Shown here: piece by piece, positions 9,004-22,617 of the stretch
How positions within the stretch are numbered: the stretch's first letter is position 1
Layout: each line of letters opens with the position of its first letter
Assembly (NCBI GenBank): GCA_000146045.2
Contig: BK006936.2
Coordinates: 704,001-768,000, forward strand
DNA from: TPA_inf: Saccharomyces
Taxonomy: Eukaryota
DNA length: 64,000 bases
Direction: 5' to 3'
Notes under the pieces: model-generated
What the model was told of the DNA's origin: nothing
Database searches by the model: none
What the model saw: the letters and a program-made list of their open reading frames with translations, nothing else
Position numbers and translations under genes: made by a program

Positions 9004-10455
9004 TCAATTGACATCAATCATTAAATCATCATTAGCTTCCTGTGGATCAACAAACTCCCTGCTGGCTCCTGCCAATAGTTCTCTTCTAATCTCAGGACCG
9101 ATATCTTTATGGCCTCTTTGACGAACAGTTTCCAACAAGAAATCTCTCTGATCCTGGGTAATATCGTTCTTGTAACGTTGTGCAAATGTTAAGAAAGCCT
9201 TGTGCCATATCACTGGGAGTACTCTTGTAGCATCTTCCCCATTACTACCGTCATCCAAAATTCTAAACCTCATAAAGTAATACACGCAGTCGTCCACCGT
9301 CTGGTACGGTAAAGCATATTTTTTATCGAGCAATATTTTGATAAAAACAGTTGTAGGTGGAGAGAAAGGTAGCCTTAAAAGATAACTCAAGGCAGCTGAA
9401 GAATGTAAAGCCGGAACAGAGACTTTAGCAAGCACACTTCCTGCAATTGTCGCTTCACGTACATTACACCCTGTTTCAACCAATGGGAATAGGAAACCTT
9501 TGAAGAAGGCACTTGGTTTATAAAGCGATTTTTTCACCGCACGGTATATATGATAGTTTAAAGAGTGGTCTTCACTGGTCTCGATATTGTCACGGAAACG
9601 TTCAAGTAAAATTAGGTTAATAAATTTTTGAGATTCTTTAGCAGTTAGGTTGGATACAAATAATTTCGTTGCTTCGTAAACAACGTGTGGTGACCATTCT
9701 TCCGGGTTGGTCACATAAATGACATCTTGCCAATTTCTTAAGGATGGGATAACCTTGAACAACTTTGGCAACTTACCGTGCGTCCAAGTTTTTAAAATAC
9801 TACCTACCGTAGTATATGCTTTGATGACCTTCTCTGGAAGTGCAACACCCTCTCCACTCTTCAAACCGGATGAAATATTGCCTCTTGAGGTATTCTGTTC
9901 ATTAGCAAGTGGTTCATCATCTTGCATATCTTCAACTTGACTTTCCTTTTCTCGGATAGAGGCCATAATCTTGTCTGCAAGATTATAGCTACCACTTAAA
10001 GAGTTAAAATCATCTGATTTCTTGAAATATTGCTCAAACATCGCTGCGTCTTCTTCATCGATTTCAACTATCTCTTCCTCTTCTTTATAATCACCTTCGG
10101 GTTCAAAATCGGAGATGTCTTCTCCAAAAGCTTCTTCGTCTTCGTCTTCGTCTTCGTCTTCATCATCATAGCTCATGGTGGTGAATCTGGCTTCAAATTG
10201 CTTGTTTCTTTCTGATTCAGCAAGTTCCTCACCTTCAATTTCATCCTGTTGTTCCTTGGCCAACTGCAAAATTTTTCTTGATGCTTTGGAGTCTATGTAT
10301 CCATCTTCCTCATTTGCAGCATCGTGATTTGCAGCATCGTTCTGCGCTAGCTTCTTTTTATTGATTTTTTTCAAGGTACCTTGAGCTGCATCTAAATCCT
10401 TTAAAAGTGGATCATGCCTCTGTTTTCTGGCTTTAGTAGAGGATGCTCTGGCCAT
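9004..10455 (-). CDS. ENP1: Bystin-family 40S ribosome biogenesis factor, 483 aa, with an acidic low-complexity N-terminal region
   Basis: Bystin domain in the C-terminal half. DE-rich stretch encoded by a (CTTCGT)n hexamer run at about 10134-10161. Length matches YBR247C. Confidence 0.85.
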   Translation of the reverse strand: MARASSTKARKQRHDPLLKDLDAAQGTLKKINKKKLAQNDAANHDAANEEDGYIDSKASRKILQLAKEQQDEIEGEELAESERNKQFEARFTTMSYDDEDEDEDEDEEAFGEDISDFEPEGDYKEEEEIVEIDEEDAAMFEQYFKKSDDFNSLSGSYNLADKIMASIREKESQVEDMQDDEPLANEQNTSRGNISSGLKSGEGVALPEKVIKAYTTVGSILKTWTHGKLPKLFKVIPSLRNWQDVIYVTNPEEWSPHVVYEATKLFVSNLTAKESQKFINLILLERFRDNIETSEDHSLNYHIYRAVKKSLYKPSAFFKGFLFPLVETGCNVREATIAGSVLAKVSVPALHSSAALSYLLRLPFSPPTTVFIKILLDKKYALPYQTVDDCVYYFMRFRILDDGSNGEDATRVLPVIWHKAFLTFAQRYKNDITQDQRDFLLETVRQRGHKDIGPEIRRELLAGASREFVDPQEANDDLMIDVN

Positions 10456-10806
10456 TATAGTTAATCTTTCTAATATATTGTTTTATCTGTAAGTCTTAAA
10501 ACGAGACAAATCTTGGATTTAAAACAACTTAGTGCATATTTCCTTTCGTCAATGTTGAAGAAGTGGGAGCTCATCGATTTTTAAAAATTTTCATTTCCGA
10601 TGCCTCGCTAAAAAAAAAAAATGAAAAAGTGGAAAAATATGTTCTATTTCTTCCCCTACTGACACCACCAATAATACAACCATATAAGTTGGTACAATTT
10701 CTCCAAGCTGTACATCCTCTTGTGTTGTGAAATGTCTGATTTAACATCTATCATTATTGCGTATATAGACTGAGTCAAGATTATAAAGTATACATATCCA
10801 ACCACA

Positions 10807-12465
10807 TTACTCTTCATCCATTCTAACCTTTAATCCGTGCTCTAGTAAATACTCCTTTACATCGTTAACAGTGAATTCACCTCTGTGGAACATACCTGCA
10901 CCCAAGCAAGCATCTGCGCGGGTCTTTAGGAAGGCCTCTTCGAAATGTTCGGGTACACCGGCGCCACTGGATGCAATGACGGGAATCTTGACCGCATCTT
11001 TAACATGTTCTATCAATTCCAGATCATAACCAGAATTAGAGCCATCCTTGTCTATGCAGTTCAATAAAATCTCCCCAGCACCTAGAGCTTCACATGCCCT
11101 TGTTAATTCCCACACACCAAGGTCTCTAGATTCTCTTCCACCTTTGATTGTACATTGGTACCAGCAGTATTTCTCTCCATTGGGGCCCGGATATTCTGTC
11201 TCGAAGACTTTGTTCTTCGTATCTGCTTGTGAATTTACATATACTCTCTTAGGGTCGACAGAAATAACAACTGCCTGAGCACCGTATGCTTTCGAGATTG
11301 TCTCTATTGGTGACGTTCCATCTCCTCTGTTACCCAACTCGTAGTATTTTTCGGCTGCATAGACTGCATCCGTACCGATCGATACTTTATCAGCACCAGA
11401 TCTGAAGTATAGACTTGCAACTTCTAAAGCAGGTATTTTGGTTCCATCAACATCGACAATATCCTTGATCCCCCCACCGACTGTCAATGGAACAAAGACT
11501 GTCTTTGCGGCTTGTTTCAGAACCTCTAGCATCGGAGTATCCTTCAAAGGACAATCTCTAAAAGAAGTTATATTCAAAAATGTTACTTCATCCGCACCCT
11601 GTTGGTAATATTTCTGTGCCAACTGAACAGGCTTACCAAGGTTTCTAACACCTTTACCATCACTTTTTTCACGTACATCGTATTGATCACCTTTAGTAAC
11701 CACCAAATCACCTTGGTCATTAGTACGTACATCAAGACAAGCAATAATTCTGCGTGTTAGACCATAATTTGAATAGTCATTCATTAAGAGTTCCTTCTCT
11801 TCCGCACTATAGTTTGGAATCGGAGGACTTTGTTGCTTCAAAAAATTCTCAATGACGTTCAAACCAGCTTTACCTGATTTTTCAGGATGGAACTGAGTAG
11901 CGAATATATTATTCTTGTTGACTGCCGCAATAAATTCCTCTGAACCGTACTTAGCTTTTGCAATTTTCCAACCGTCATTTTCTAGGTTTTTTTTCTTTTC
12001 TGAATTCAGAATGGCAGCAAAAGAATGGACGAAATAGTACCTCTTGTATGGATCCAATCCAAAGAATAGGTTTTCCGAGGGAATGCAAGAATTCCAACCT
12101 ATTTCTGGTACTGGCTTTTCTGAATCATCGAACCTGGACAACTTAAAATCAATGTAGTTCAGACCCGTACTCTTAGGGCTTTCCACGGAACCGGCAAAGA
12201 GCGCTTGTAGCCCGACGCAAATTCCCATTATTGGTTTTCCAGATTCAATGTATTCTCTTATCGGCTTTTCGAATCCTCTATTAAATAAATTGTCGACGAA
12301 ATGGCCATAATTTCCGACACCAGGCAAAATCAATCTTGACGTGCCTGATATGTTAAAATCCTTTGGTGATTTCACCAGTTGTACTTCGTAACCTAAATGC
12401 TCAATTGCATTGGTTAGTGACTGTAGGTTACCACTTTCAACGTCAATCACGTGAACGACCGGCAT
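10807..12465 (-). CDS. HIS7: Imidazole glycerol phosphate synthase, bifunctional glutamine amidotransferase (HisH) plus cyclase (HisF) fusion, 552 aa
   Basis: N-terminal class-I GATase with the catalytic Cys context ([10 protein letters not shown]) and a C-terminal HisF (beta/alpha)8 cyclase. 552 aa as YBR248C. Confidence 0.9.
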
Positions 12466-12603
12466 TCTCTTTTTCTTTACTTGTAAATAATTAAAAAACC
12501 TAAACTGGATACTGCTACTTCAATAGCTGCCTCTTTTCTTTTAAAACCTGATTGAGTAGTCGTCGATATCAAAGGAATATCAACTTATGTATGTTTCGAT
12601 GTC

Positions 12604-12695
12604 TGACTCTTTTCTCATGAATTTTTCATTTTTTCATGATCACCTAATTAGCCGTGGAGAGAGAGAAAAATAATCCCAAAGCTACGATATGACTC
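12604..12695. promoter_or_regulatory. Two Gcn4-type TGACTC elements (12604-12609 and 12690-12695) about 140 and 225 bp upstream of the HIS7 ATG
   Basis: Exact TGACTC hexamers read from the sequence. HIS7 is a known general-amino-acid-control target. Confidence 0.6.
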
Positions 12696-12881
12696 AATTT
12701 TTTTTTGCAGAAGAGTAACTGATAGTATAACATCCACGAAATCAGTGAAAGGTCAGCGAGCTTTGCCTTTAAAAATTGAGTTTCTAGTTAATTAGTAAAT
12801 AGCGCTAAACACAATTAAATAATACCGAATTGGCAGTGGTAGAGGAAAGAATGTACGTTACATATATCATTAAAAAAACAT

Positions 12882-14072
<1,191 letters not shown>

Positions 14073-14299
14073 TTATTCTTAATTACTCTTATAACGATGC
14101 TAAAAATGACGAAAGAGGAATTAACACGATATATAGATAATATACCAATGAAAAGAAGAAGAAAGTATGAGAAAAAGTTTCTGTATTAATATGAAATTAA
14201 ACATTGATTGGATTCGATCACGATGTATTCAATGAGCTAACAATGCGTCCCGCACATCTTTTTTTCAAAATTTCAAGCAAAATTTTTTCATTTCATCGT

Positions 14300-14306
14300 T
14301 GAGTCA
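14300..14306. promoter_or_regulatory. Gcn4/AP-1-type site TGAGTCA (TGACTC on the other strand), about 305 bp upstream of the ARO4 ATG
   Basis: Read directly (cgtTGAGTCAtttcg). ARO4 is a known Gcn4 target. Confidence 0.5.
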
Positions 14307-14858
14307 TTTCGCAGTAACGTACAAAATGCACAGGGTGCAGCGGGTGGGGCCACGTTTTAAAGTGATTCTGCCATGCCTTTGCCTTTATATTAAGCAACAT
14401 AACTGCCTGACAGTAATGCAACTACACAGTGTTCCGTGAGACCGTTACAGCTTATGTTTACACAGCCTCATGCCCAATGAAAGAGTGTCAATATAAGGAA
14501 TGCGCTTGCATATATACGAGTACATAATTTGCTGTTGATCACGTGATTCATAATTTTTTTATTTATGTGCCGATGACAATGTTTTCCATCACTTTCAAGG
14601 CTAGCTGTATACTGGCAGTTCGTGTTCAAAAACCTGTGTGGAGTTTTACCCTAGCATTCAGTTATGTCAGAAGTGTGTTTGGCATCTATGTTAGGCCAAT
14701 TGTTATTGTTTTATGCGAATTATGTGGGTTGTGCAGCTGGGGTCAAAAAGAGCGAATGTAATTATATTGTAAACATTAAATCTGCACAATGGAATCTTGT
14801 TTAGCCTTTGTTTTTTTCTTTTTCTTTCTATTTCTTTTGTTTTCGATTTTGTTTTTGT

Positions 14859-14903
14859 GTCACAAAATAACTAATGGCGACATCGCAGTTTTTTGGGCGG
14901 CTG
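14859..14903. promoter_or_regulatory. Candidate meiotic control elements upstream of SPO23: an MSE-like GTCACAAAA (14859-14867) and a URS1-like core GGGCGGCT (14896-14903)
   Basis: The MSE consensus CRCAAAW is matched by CACAAAA. The URS1 core GGCGGC is intact, with 8 of 10 matches to TCGGCGGCTA. Both lie 130-175 bp upstream of the SPO23 ATG. Confidence 0.4.
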
Positions 14904-15032
14904 CATACTGTTTAATAAAAAGAAGTTACTGCTACCTCAAGATTTCTTCCTAAGCACTCAAGCCCATGTTTGCCAGTATTGTTATCTTGCAACAAAATCA
15001 GACAAATAGAATTTCCCTTTTTTGTTTGACTA

Positions 15033-16604
15033 ATGTTGTTTTCGTCTTCATCTTCTTCACTTAATTCCGAGGTTTCACAAGTGTTCTCGGAAAATATATC
15101 TAGTAGATCCACTACTCTGACTGAAAGTTCCACACAAAGCGAGATAAGGCAGCATTTTGGTAATGAAGATTTCAGTGGTGAACTACCAAAAAAATTAATT
15201 CAACTCAAGAAATTAAAAAATGGTGGCACTACAATCAAGAAGGCTAAGGAAGACCTTGAGTATTGCTATGATTCACTACGGCTGTACGAAAATCCCTATG
15301 TAACATCATCTGTAGATAAAAAATGTGGTTACAGCATTGAATTGTATCTAGATAACAAGTACAAAACACTAATGTTCTCCGATTTACAATTGAATGCTGA
15401 CTATCCGTTGTATTACGATTCCTCACTGGATAATATATCTACAAATGTTGAAAGAGAAAGAGCCACTCCTCTACAAATCAAAGGAAAGATTAGGATAAAC
15501 ATTGATAGAGAAGACCAGGCCCTCTTAATCACTTCCCATTCAATTTCTTTAAAATGTTTCACAAAGGAATATGCATGCTTTGTAAATTCAGAAACTAGCA
15601 AAAACTCCTATAGTGACAAAATTATCAAAGAACTTAATCACACAGAGTTTTTTGAGTCTTCCACCTACCCCAAACAGCAGTTGAGAGTCATACACCACTC
15701 ATTAAATGATAAGAAAATTCTATTGACAAAGGGCACGTACGATTACCCATTCACTTTTACCCTTCAAGCAAATACTTTCCCAGCAAGTTTCTCTTCCTTC
15801 TTTGGCAAGACCCATTTTCGAATAGAAAGCTTAACAACAATAATGAGAATACCAAGTAAACCTAAAAACTTACTCAAATTTTTGAAGAATGAAAGTTTTA
15901 CAGATAAGATCATTTTAACAGAAGAAATTAAAGTTAAAAGAGTCCTGCCTTCAACGAGTATGCTTAAGTTTGAAACATTTCAATTAAGGTCATACAATAC
16001 TGCAAGTGAGATCGTAGTATCGGTCATTGGAAACTCCAAGTTGATTGAAATTGGTATGCCTTTCCAAATGATATTATCAATTACCAAAACAGATTCTTCC
16101 ATTGAATTACAGGAAGCTTCTTTGGCAGTTGCACAGAGAATGGCAATACCAAGTATTGATTTGAAGACCAAGAAAATACTACGAGAGCCATACATTAAAA
16201 AGTCCGAGTATTTACTAAGAACTGTAGAAAGCCAAAGTTTCGATTCCGACAAGACCATTTTCGGATTTTGCTTTGATGACGTTGTCATCCCAACCTATGC
16301 GGATGGTCTACCGAGCTGGTTTAAAACATTCTACTGTGAACCAAGTTCATTTTATCCCAATCATGCTGCCCTCAAAGTAACTCATTTGCTTTTGTTCAGA
16401 ATAACCTATAGCAGGAATGAATTGGTGGAAGGGCTTGAAATGAAAAAAAATTATCGTATTACGGTGAATTTTCCAATTTTAGTTGGCGATAGTGATATTT
16501 CGACCAGCTCTTTGTTACCCAAATATGAAAAATTTGAAAATATTAGTGATCTACAAGATGAACCCCCACTATATTCTATGGTAGCAGGTGAGAATAGCTT
16601 ATGA
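15033..16604 (+). CDS. SPO23: Meiosis/sporulation-associated protein of unknown biochemical function, 523 aa
   Basis: 523-aa ORF in the position of YBR250W. No enzymatic motif was recognised; the call is by length and synteny. Confidence 0.65.
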   Translation: MLFSSSSSSLNSEVSQVFSENISSRSTTLTESSTQSEIRQHFGNEDFSGELPKKLIQLKKLKNGGTTIKKAKEDLEYCYDSLRLYENPYVTSSVDKKCGYSIELYLDNKYKTLMFSDLQLNADYPLYYDSSLDNISTNVERERATPLQIKGKIRINIDREDQALLITSHSISLKCFTKEYACFVNSETSKNSYSDKIIKELNHTEFFESSTYPKQQLRVIHHSLNDKKILLTKGTYDYPFTFTLQANTFPASFSSFFGKTHFRIESLTTIMRIPSKPKNLLKFLKNESFTDKIILTEEIKVKRVLPSTSMLKFETFQLRSYNTASEIVVSVIGNSKLIEIGMPFQMILSITKTDSSIELQEASLAVAQRMAIPSIDLKTKKILREPYIKKSEYLLRTVESQSFDSDKTIFGFCFDDVVIPTYADGLPSWFKTFYCEPSSFYPNHAALKVTHLLLFRITYSRNELVEGLEMKKNYRITVNFPILVGDSDISTSSLLPKYEKFENISDLQDEPPLYSMVAGENSL

Positions 16605-17383
16605 ATGTTCGGTACCTCAGAACAACGCCTCTATTTTATCCTTTTTTTTTTTATTTGCATGATATACATATACTATTTTTTATTAGTTTCTTATTCTACT
16701 ATGTATTTACGTAACAATAAATTTACAGGTCTCTCTTTTTGTAAGTATCTTGCACGCTGATATCTATAATACTACTTCACAAGTTGATCAGCTTCCGAGA
16801 TAGACATTTTATGTATCAAGTCGCCATGTCCGTTCTCTACTGGCCGGTGTATATTATGATATTTCGACCGGTTCTAATACATAAGCACCGCCCACTCTGA
16901 GGAGAAGACATTTTTACAAGAATTACTAGCCATATTTTCCCTTGTCAAATTAGAGAAGGAAAAATTACTTGAAACATCCCGTGTTTGGGCACTAAAAGTA
17001 TATCAATAGGAGCTGAAGAACACTACACTAGACTCTCTTGGCGTGAAGGCCTTATTATGTGAACTTTCGTAGGTTTGACTTTTACTACCAGTATGAAAAA
17101 GGTTAGAGTTTATTCAATCAAATGGAAAAGTTTTACAACTGAGCTAGTGATCTCCAAATGAGGTAGCAAGTAACAGTCGTATGTATCCCATACATTTATG
17201 TATCCCATATATTTCATTACATGGTGATGCTTTCTTTTATTCGCGGAGTAAAGTTCCTTAAAGTGAAAAAAAAAAAAAGACGAATTGACAAGACAATAAT
17301 ACAAGCACCACTAAAAGACCTATCGTTATTGTTGTCAAAGTAGACGGTAAACCATACAAGAAACAGATTTCATAGATCAATAG

Positions 17384-18313
<930 letters not shown>

Positions 18314-18610
18314 AATACTATGTACATACACACGCACCATTATCTCTCGTTTTACATAAGTAAATACAGCAATAATAATACCTGTAAATATCTCAACATA
18401 CTCAATCAAATGAGCTGATAAGCATATTCAATTTTTCTTCATAGCAATATTTTTTTCTGTCCAAGTTTTATTTTTTTTCCATAATTTCTGATTTACTACC
18501 ATTGAAAATTATAAAAGGAAAAATATTACGCGCTACCATTTAATAAGTAGAAACAACTAAGTTCTCGAATGAGATGTTTGCACTGATACAGCGAGCCAAA
18601 AAATAACCAA

Positions 18611-19054
18611 ATGACTGCTACTAGCGACAAAGTACTAAAGATTCAATTGCGCTCAGCAAGCGCTACTGTACCTACCAAAGGTTCTGCCACTGCCGCGGGA
18701 TACGACATTTATGCATCTCAGGATATTACCATTCCGGCTATGGGTCAAGGTATGGTTTCCACCGACATATCGTTCACCGTACCTGTTGGTACCTACGGTC
18801 GTATTGCGCCAAGGTCAGGCCTGGCAGTGAAAAACGGTATCCAAACCGGTGCTGGTGTTGTCGACAGAGATTACACCGGTGAAGTTAAAGTAGTTTTATT
18901 CAATCATTCACAGAGGGATTTCGCGATCAAAAAAGGTGATCGCGTAGCCCAATTGATTCTGGAAAAAATTGTCGATGATGCCCAGATCGTTGTTGTAGAC
19001 TCTCTGGAAGAAAGTGCAAGAGGGGCCGGTGGCTTTGGTAGCACTGGTAACTAA
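18611..19054 (+). CDS. DUT1: dUTP pyrophosphatase (dUTPase), 147 aa
   Basis: All five dUTPase motifs are present ([36 protein letters not shown]). A candidate MCB-like ACGCGC lies at 18528-18533, about 80 bp upstream. Confidence 0.95.
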
Positions 19055-19269
19055 CTTAGTGTATATACTTTGGCACACTTGTATAATGTATAATAAAATC
19101 AGGATAAATCCAGTGTGACCCGGACTGAATTACTGAAACTTTGAAGTGTTAAGGAAATTGTACTGCCATTTAACGCATTTACCTATCACTTAGTAGCATG
19201 CATAAGCCATGGGCTAATCATAACAGATTGTGATGATAGGCATCCTGTACTCCTTTTTTTTACAAGAAA

Positions 19270-19635
19270 ATGAGCAACCAGGCACTATATGAGAAACTCG
19301 AACAAACCAGGACGATTCTGTCCGTGAAGCTGGCGGAATTGATAAATATGACTACGATAGCCGATAGAAATGATGATGACGAGGGTTCATTCGCACAAGA
19401 AAATTCTGAGCTCGCTGTGGCCACGACCAGTGTGATGATGGTGAATAACCAGACCATGCAATTGATTAAAAATGTTCAAGACTTGTTGATCCTGACCAGA
19501 TCGATAAAAGAGAAATGGCTACTGAACCAAATTCCTGTAACGGAACACTCAAAAGTGACTCGTTTTGACGAGAAGCAGATAGAGGAATTACTGGATAACT
19601 GTATAGAAACGTTCGTGGCGGAAAAAACTACGTAA
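19270..19635 (+). CDS. SRB6: Mediator head-module subunit Med22, 121 aa
   Basis: 121-aa ORF in the position of YBR253W. Small helical protein, assigned mainly by synteny and length. Confidence 0.7.
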
Positions 19636-19735
19636 AAAGGCGGTATTTATCTATTATTTGGCCAAAAAAAAAAAAAAATACATACTACATATACATATAC
19701 GCCATAAAAAATCTCTGCATCTATCTTATTTCCCA

Positions 19736-20263
19736 TTATTTGGACAAATGCTTACGTGCTAATGTCCTTACCCTCGAGTCGAATGCCGGGCTCCTAATAG
19801 GGTCTGTAATCTTATAAAACGGGTTCATTAGTGTCTTTACGTATAGTTCGTGTACCTCTTGGTAGAATGACCTCATATTATTGTCGTCAATAACTACGCT
19901 ACTGTTGGCTGAGTTCCCATGGATCATCACGAACTTCATCCCACTATAGCTAATATAAGCCGTTATTGCTAGTCCATAAAAATGATCAACTTTACCTAGA
20001 TAACAATTATCAGTATTGTTTACAGCTCTAGATCGAAGGAACCCACCACCGCCATTGGATCCGTTTCCACCGTTCCCATTTAACTGTGAAGTCGGATTAA
20101 TTTGCCATTGTAAATCTTCTACGATATCTAGTGATGCATGCAGTATGAACGGATTTAATTCTTTTAAATCCTGAGGAAAACCCTGTGGATTTTCTGCATT
20201 GGTAAACTCGATTTCATAGACAGGATTGTCCTTCTTACCAATAATGGCAAAATACTGAGGCAT
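19736..20263 (-). CDS. TRS20: TRAPP complex subunit, sedlin family, 175 aa
   Basis: Sedlin N-terminal longin-like start (MPQYFAIIGKKDNPVYEIEF). 175 aa as YBR254C. Confidence 0.8.
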   Translation of the reverse strand: MPQYFAIIGKKDNPVYEIEFTNAENPQGFPQDLKELNPFILHASLDIVEDLQWQINPTSQLNGNGGNGSNGGGGFLRSRAVNNTDNCYLGKVDHFYGLAITAYISYSGMKFVMIHGNSANSSVVIDDNNMRSFYQEVHELYVKTLMNPFYKITDPIRSPAFDSRVRTLARKHLSK

Positions 20264-20455
20264 CTCAATGTGCTTTGTATGTTTTTTCTGTATTCTCTAT
20301 TCGTATTAGTGTTTACCTTCTCTTTTTTTTCTTGATACAGATTGATATTATTTGAAAAAATCTGATGAGTAAGGCTTTGAAGAGGTAAAGGGGATATCAA
20401 GATAAAAAATATACACTTCAGCAGAGGAGGGGGAGGTACTTTAAACGGATGAAAC

Positions 20456-22540
20456 ATGACTCATACAAATGAGCACGACCATAAGGCTGAACAACAACAA
20501 AATGGAAGGGGCGATACAACAACAGAGACTGTAAACCCTCAGAAGATGAAATTGGTTACCAAACTTCTCATTGATAATAAATTTGGACTAATGGACGACT
20601 TGAATTTTAGTATACCATTAACCGCTTCTTCTGAGGGTGTACCAATATCAGCAAAGACATCAGAATTGGGTACGGAGTACCTCAAGAATCAACAAGAGAA
20701 TTCAGTAAGCCCAATACTTCCAATATCAAGAAGTACAAGAATAAAAGCAGACAGGGTGAGAATATATTTAGACTATTATTATAATATATTAGAGCGTTGC
20801 ATTTCAATTGATAGCTCCCAGAATCATCATGAGGGTGTTGAAGGGGTGTACAACCCATTACAAGTTATTAGGAATCGTAAATTAAAAAAGAAGCATCATG
20901 AATTACCTACCAGAGAGTTTTATACTACAAAACACCCTATTATTGCCATTAAGCAGTTTTCGAAAAAACCCAACAAAAAAATGCCGTGGTTTGTAGATAT
21001 AAACGAGAAGTATATGGATTTGACTTGGAGAACTTCGCATTGGGAAGAATTAGTGGATCCTCAAGGTAAGCTTTGGTTCCAGTCTTATAGTCCTTCCAAC
21101 GAATCGAGCGGATCATCATCATCCCGCCGGCATCATGGACACCACATTCATCCCAGAAGACATTTACAACATCACTCCAGGGTCCGTACAGCTAATTCAG
21201 TGCACTCAAACACTCAATCACTGACACCGAAACGAGTCATGACCAATGAAGAAGACAATAATAATCATAACAATAATAACATGATAACGAAGATCGCAAC
21301 TACTCCAGAAGCTCAGATTTCAAGGAACAAAAAATCTGATCTCAATTTAAGTCACATTCATTTAGAGGTACCAATAACCAATACAGTTACAAACACCTCA
21401 TCAGATCAGGGGTCATTGATCATCGAAGCAAAGGGCAGTAGCTATGGAGGTGATCGTCGTGGAAGTAGTAATACCAGTGGAAGTGGTGGGAAAAGAAATT
21501 CTAAACATTATCGTTCAAAATCAGCAGGCCCCCCGGAAAACGAGAAATCAAGAATGAATGGGCTCGAAAAAATCATTAGTAAAACGTCGAAAGGATGGTC
21601 TAGATCACCAAAAAAAAATACGCCTGGGCTTGAAAAACAGGTGCTTCTGAATCCCACTATTAGTAATGGAGGCACCAGCAGAAGGAGCAGTAATAATGGA
21701 GAGAGTATTAGTACCAACAGTAGCAAAAGTAGCATGGGAATTACTTTTGGAAACACTGAAACTTACAAGACGCCGGTTGATAATGGGAAAGATGCTATAA
21801 TACGGCAAAGTTTGTTGAGCGAAGTGCCAGTTCATACCTTGAGAGGTAAAACCAGCAACAGATCGTTGCGAGCAGAAGGTGAACAAGCTCTTGAAAGTGA
21901 CAAAGAATTACCAAATGGTGCTGGGAGTATTTACGAAGGTGCGCCTAGGGAGAAGACTACTAGTCAAGGTAGCGAACCAGTGGGATTAGTAAGCGATTCC
22001 TTACAGGTTGACGAACAGTTACAGAGATACTGGCATGATACAAGGTATATTATGAGTACCGTAGCTATGATGCAACACAGGAGAGAGACACATGATATAG
22101 TGAAGAGGAGAGAAATTGCACGAAGAAACGAAATTGAAATTACACAAGATGCAGATACAAACATTAGGAAGACTGCAGATGCTTTGACTCAGTATGATAA
22201 TGAATTGAATAAAGTTTTAAAGCTAGGTAATGACTGGACATCAAAACTTCTGAACGACTATTCAATTCGTGTAGAAACTTTGATATCATCTAGTGACAGA
22301 ATTCTTAGTGATATAAATACAACATTGACATTGAAGTTGAAAATGTTTCAAGAGAATACAGAAAGGTATGTTACGGTGAAAGTTATGAGAGCCCAAAAGA
22401 TGACCAAAACCATATATCGGTTGCTGGAATTTGGCATTGTTTTAGTTCTTTGGACAATTTGGTTTTTGTTCAGCGTCCTGAGAAGCATTCGGTTCACAAT
22501 TTTTTTAGTTCTAAAAATCATTAAGGCATTGCTGTGGTAA
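20456..22540 (+). CDS. MTC4: Protein of unknown function, 694 aa, with Ser/Asn/His-rich low-complexity regions and a C-terminal hydrophobic segment
   Basis: 694-aa ORF at the position of YBR255W. Low-complexity stretches (HHGHHIHPRRHLQHHS, EEDNNNHNNNNM) and a predicted C-terminal TM segment. Confidence 0.7.
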   Translation: MTHTNEHDHKAEQQQNGRGDTTTETVNPQKMKLVTKLLIDNKFGLMDDLNFSIPLTASSEGVPISAKTSELGTEYLKNQQENSVSPILPISRSTRIKADRVRIYLDYYYNILERCISIDSSQNHHEGVEGVYNPLQVIRNRKLKKKHHELPTREFYTTKHPIIAIKQFSKKPNKKMPWFVDINEKYMDLTWRTSHWEELVDPQGKLWFQSYSPSNESSGSSSSRRHHGHHIHPRRHLQHHSRVRTANSVHSNTQSLTPKRVMTNEEDNNNHNNNNMITKIATTPEAQISRNKKSDLNLSHIHLEVPITNTVTNTSSDQGSLIIEAKGSSYGGDRRGSSNTSGSGGKRNSKHYRSKSAGPPENEKSRMNGLEKIISKTSKGWSRSPKKNTPGLEKQVLLNPTISNGGTSRRSSNNGESISTNSSKSSMGITFGNTETYKTPVDNGKDAIIRQSLLSEVPVHTLRGKTSNRSLRAEGEQALESDKELPNGAGSIYEGAPREKTTSQGSEPVGLVSDSLQVDEQLQRYWHDTRYIMSTVAMMQHRRETHDIVKRREIARRNEIEITQDADTNIRKTADALTQYDNELNKVLKLGNDWTSKLLNDYSIRVETLISSSDRILSDINTTLTLKLKMFQENTERYVTVKVMRAQKMTKTIYRLLEFGIVLVLWTIWFLFSVLRSIRFTIFLVLKIIKALLW

Positions 22541-22617
22541 TTTGCGGGTCTATGTATTTATAGAAATAAACCATCTGCACTGATATATGAATATATAAGT
22601 AGACATGAAAATAACTT

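Noticed and set aside
14150-14240. tRNA-like B-box (GATCGAATCC on the minus strand) near 14213-14222
   Set aside because: There are two mismatches to GGTTCGANTCC. No upstream A-box at the right spacing, no acceptor-stem complementarity and no downstream T-run terminator. A window-wide scan for GGTTCGA / GTTCGAATC found no convincing tRNA.
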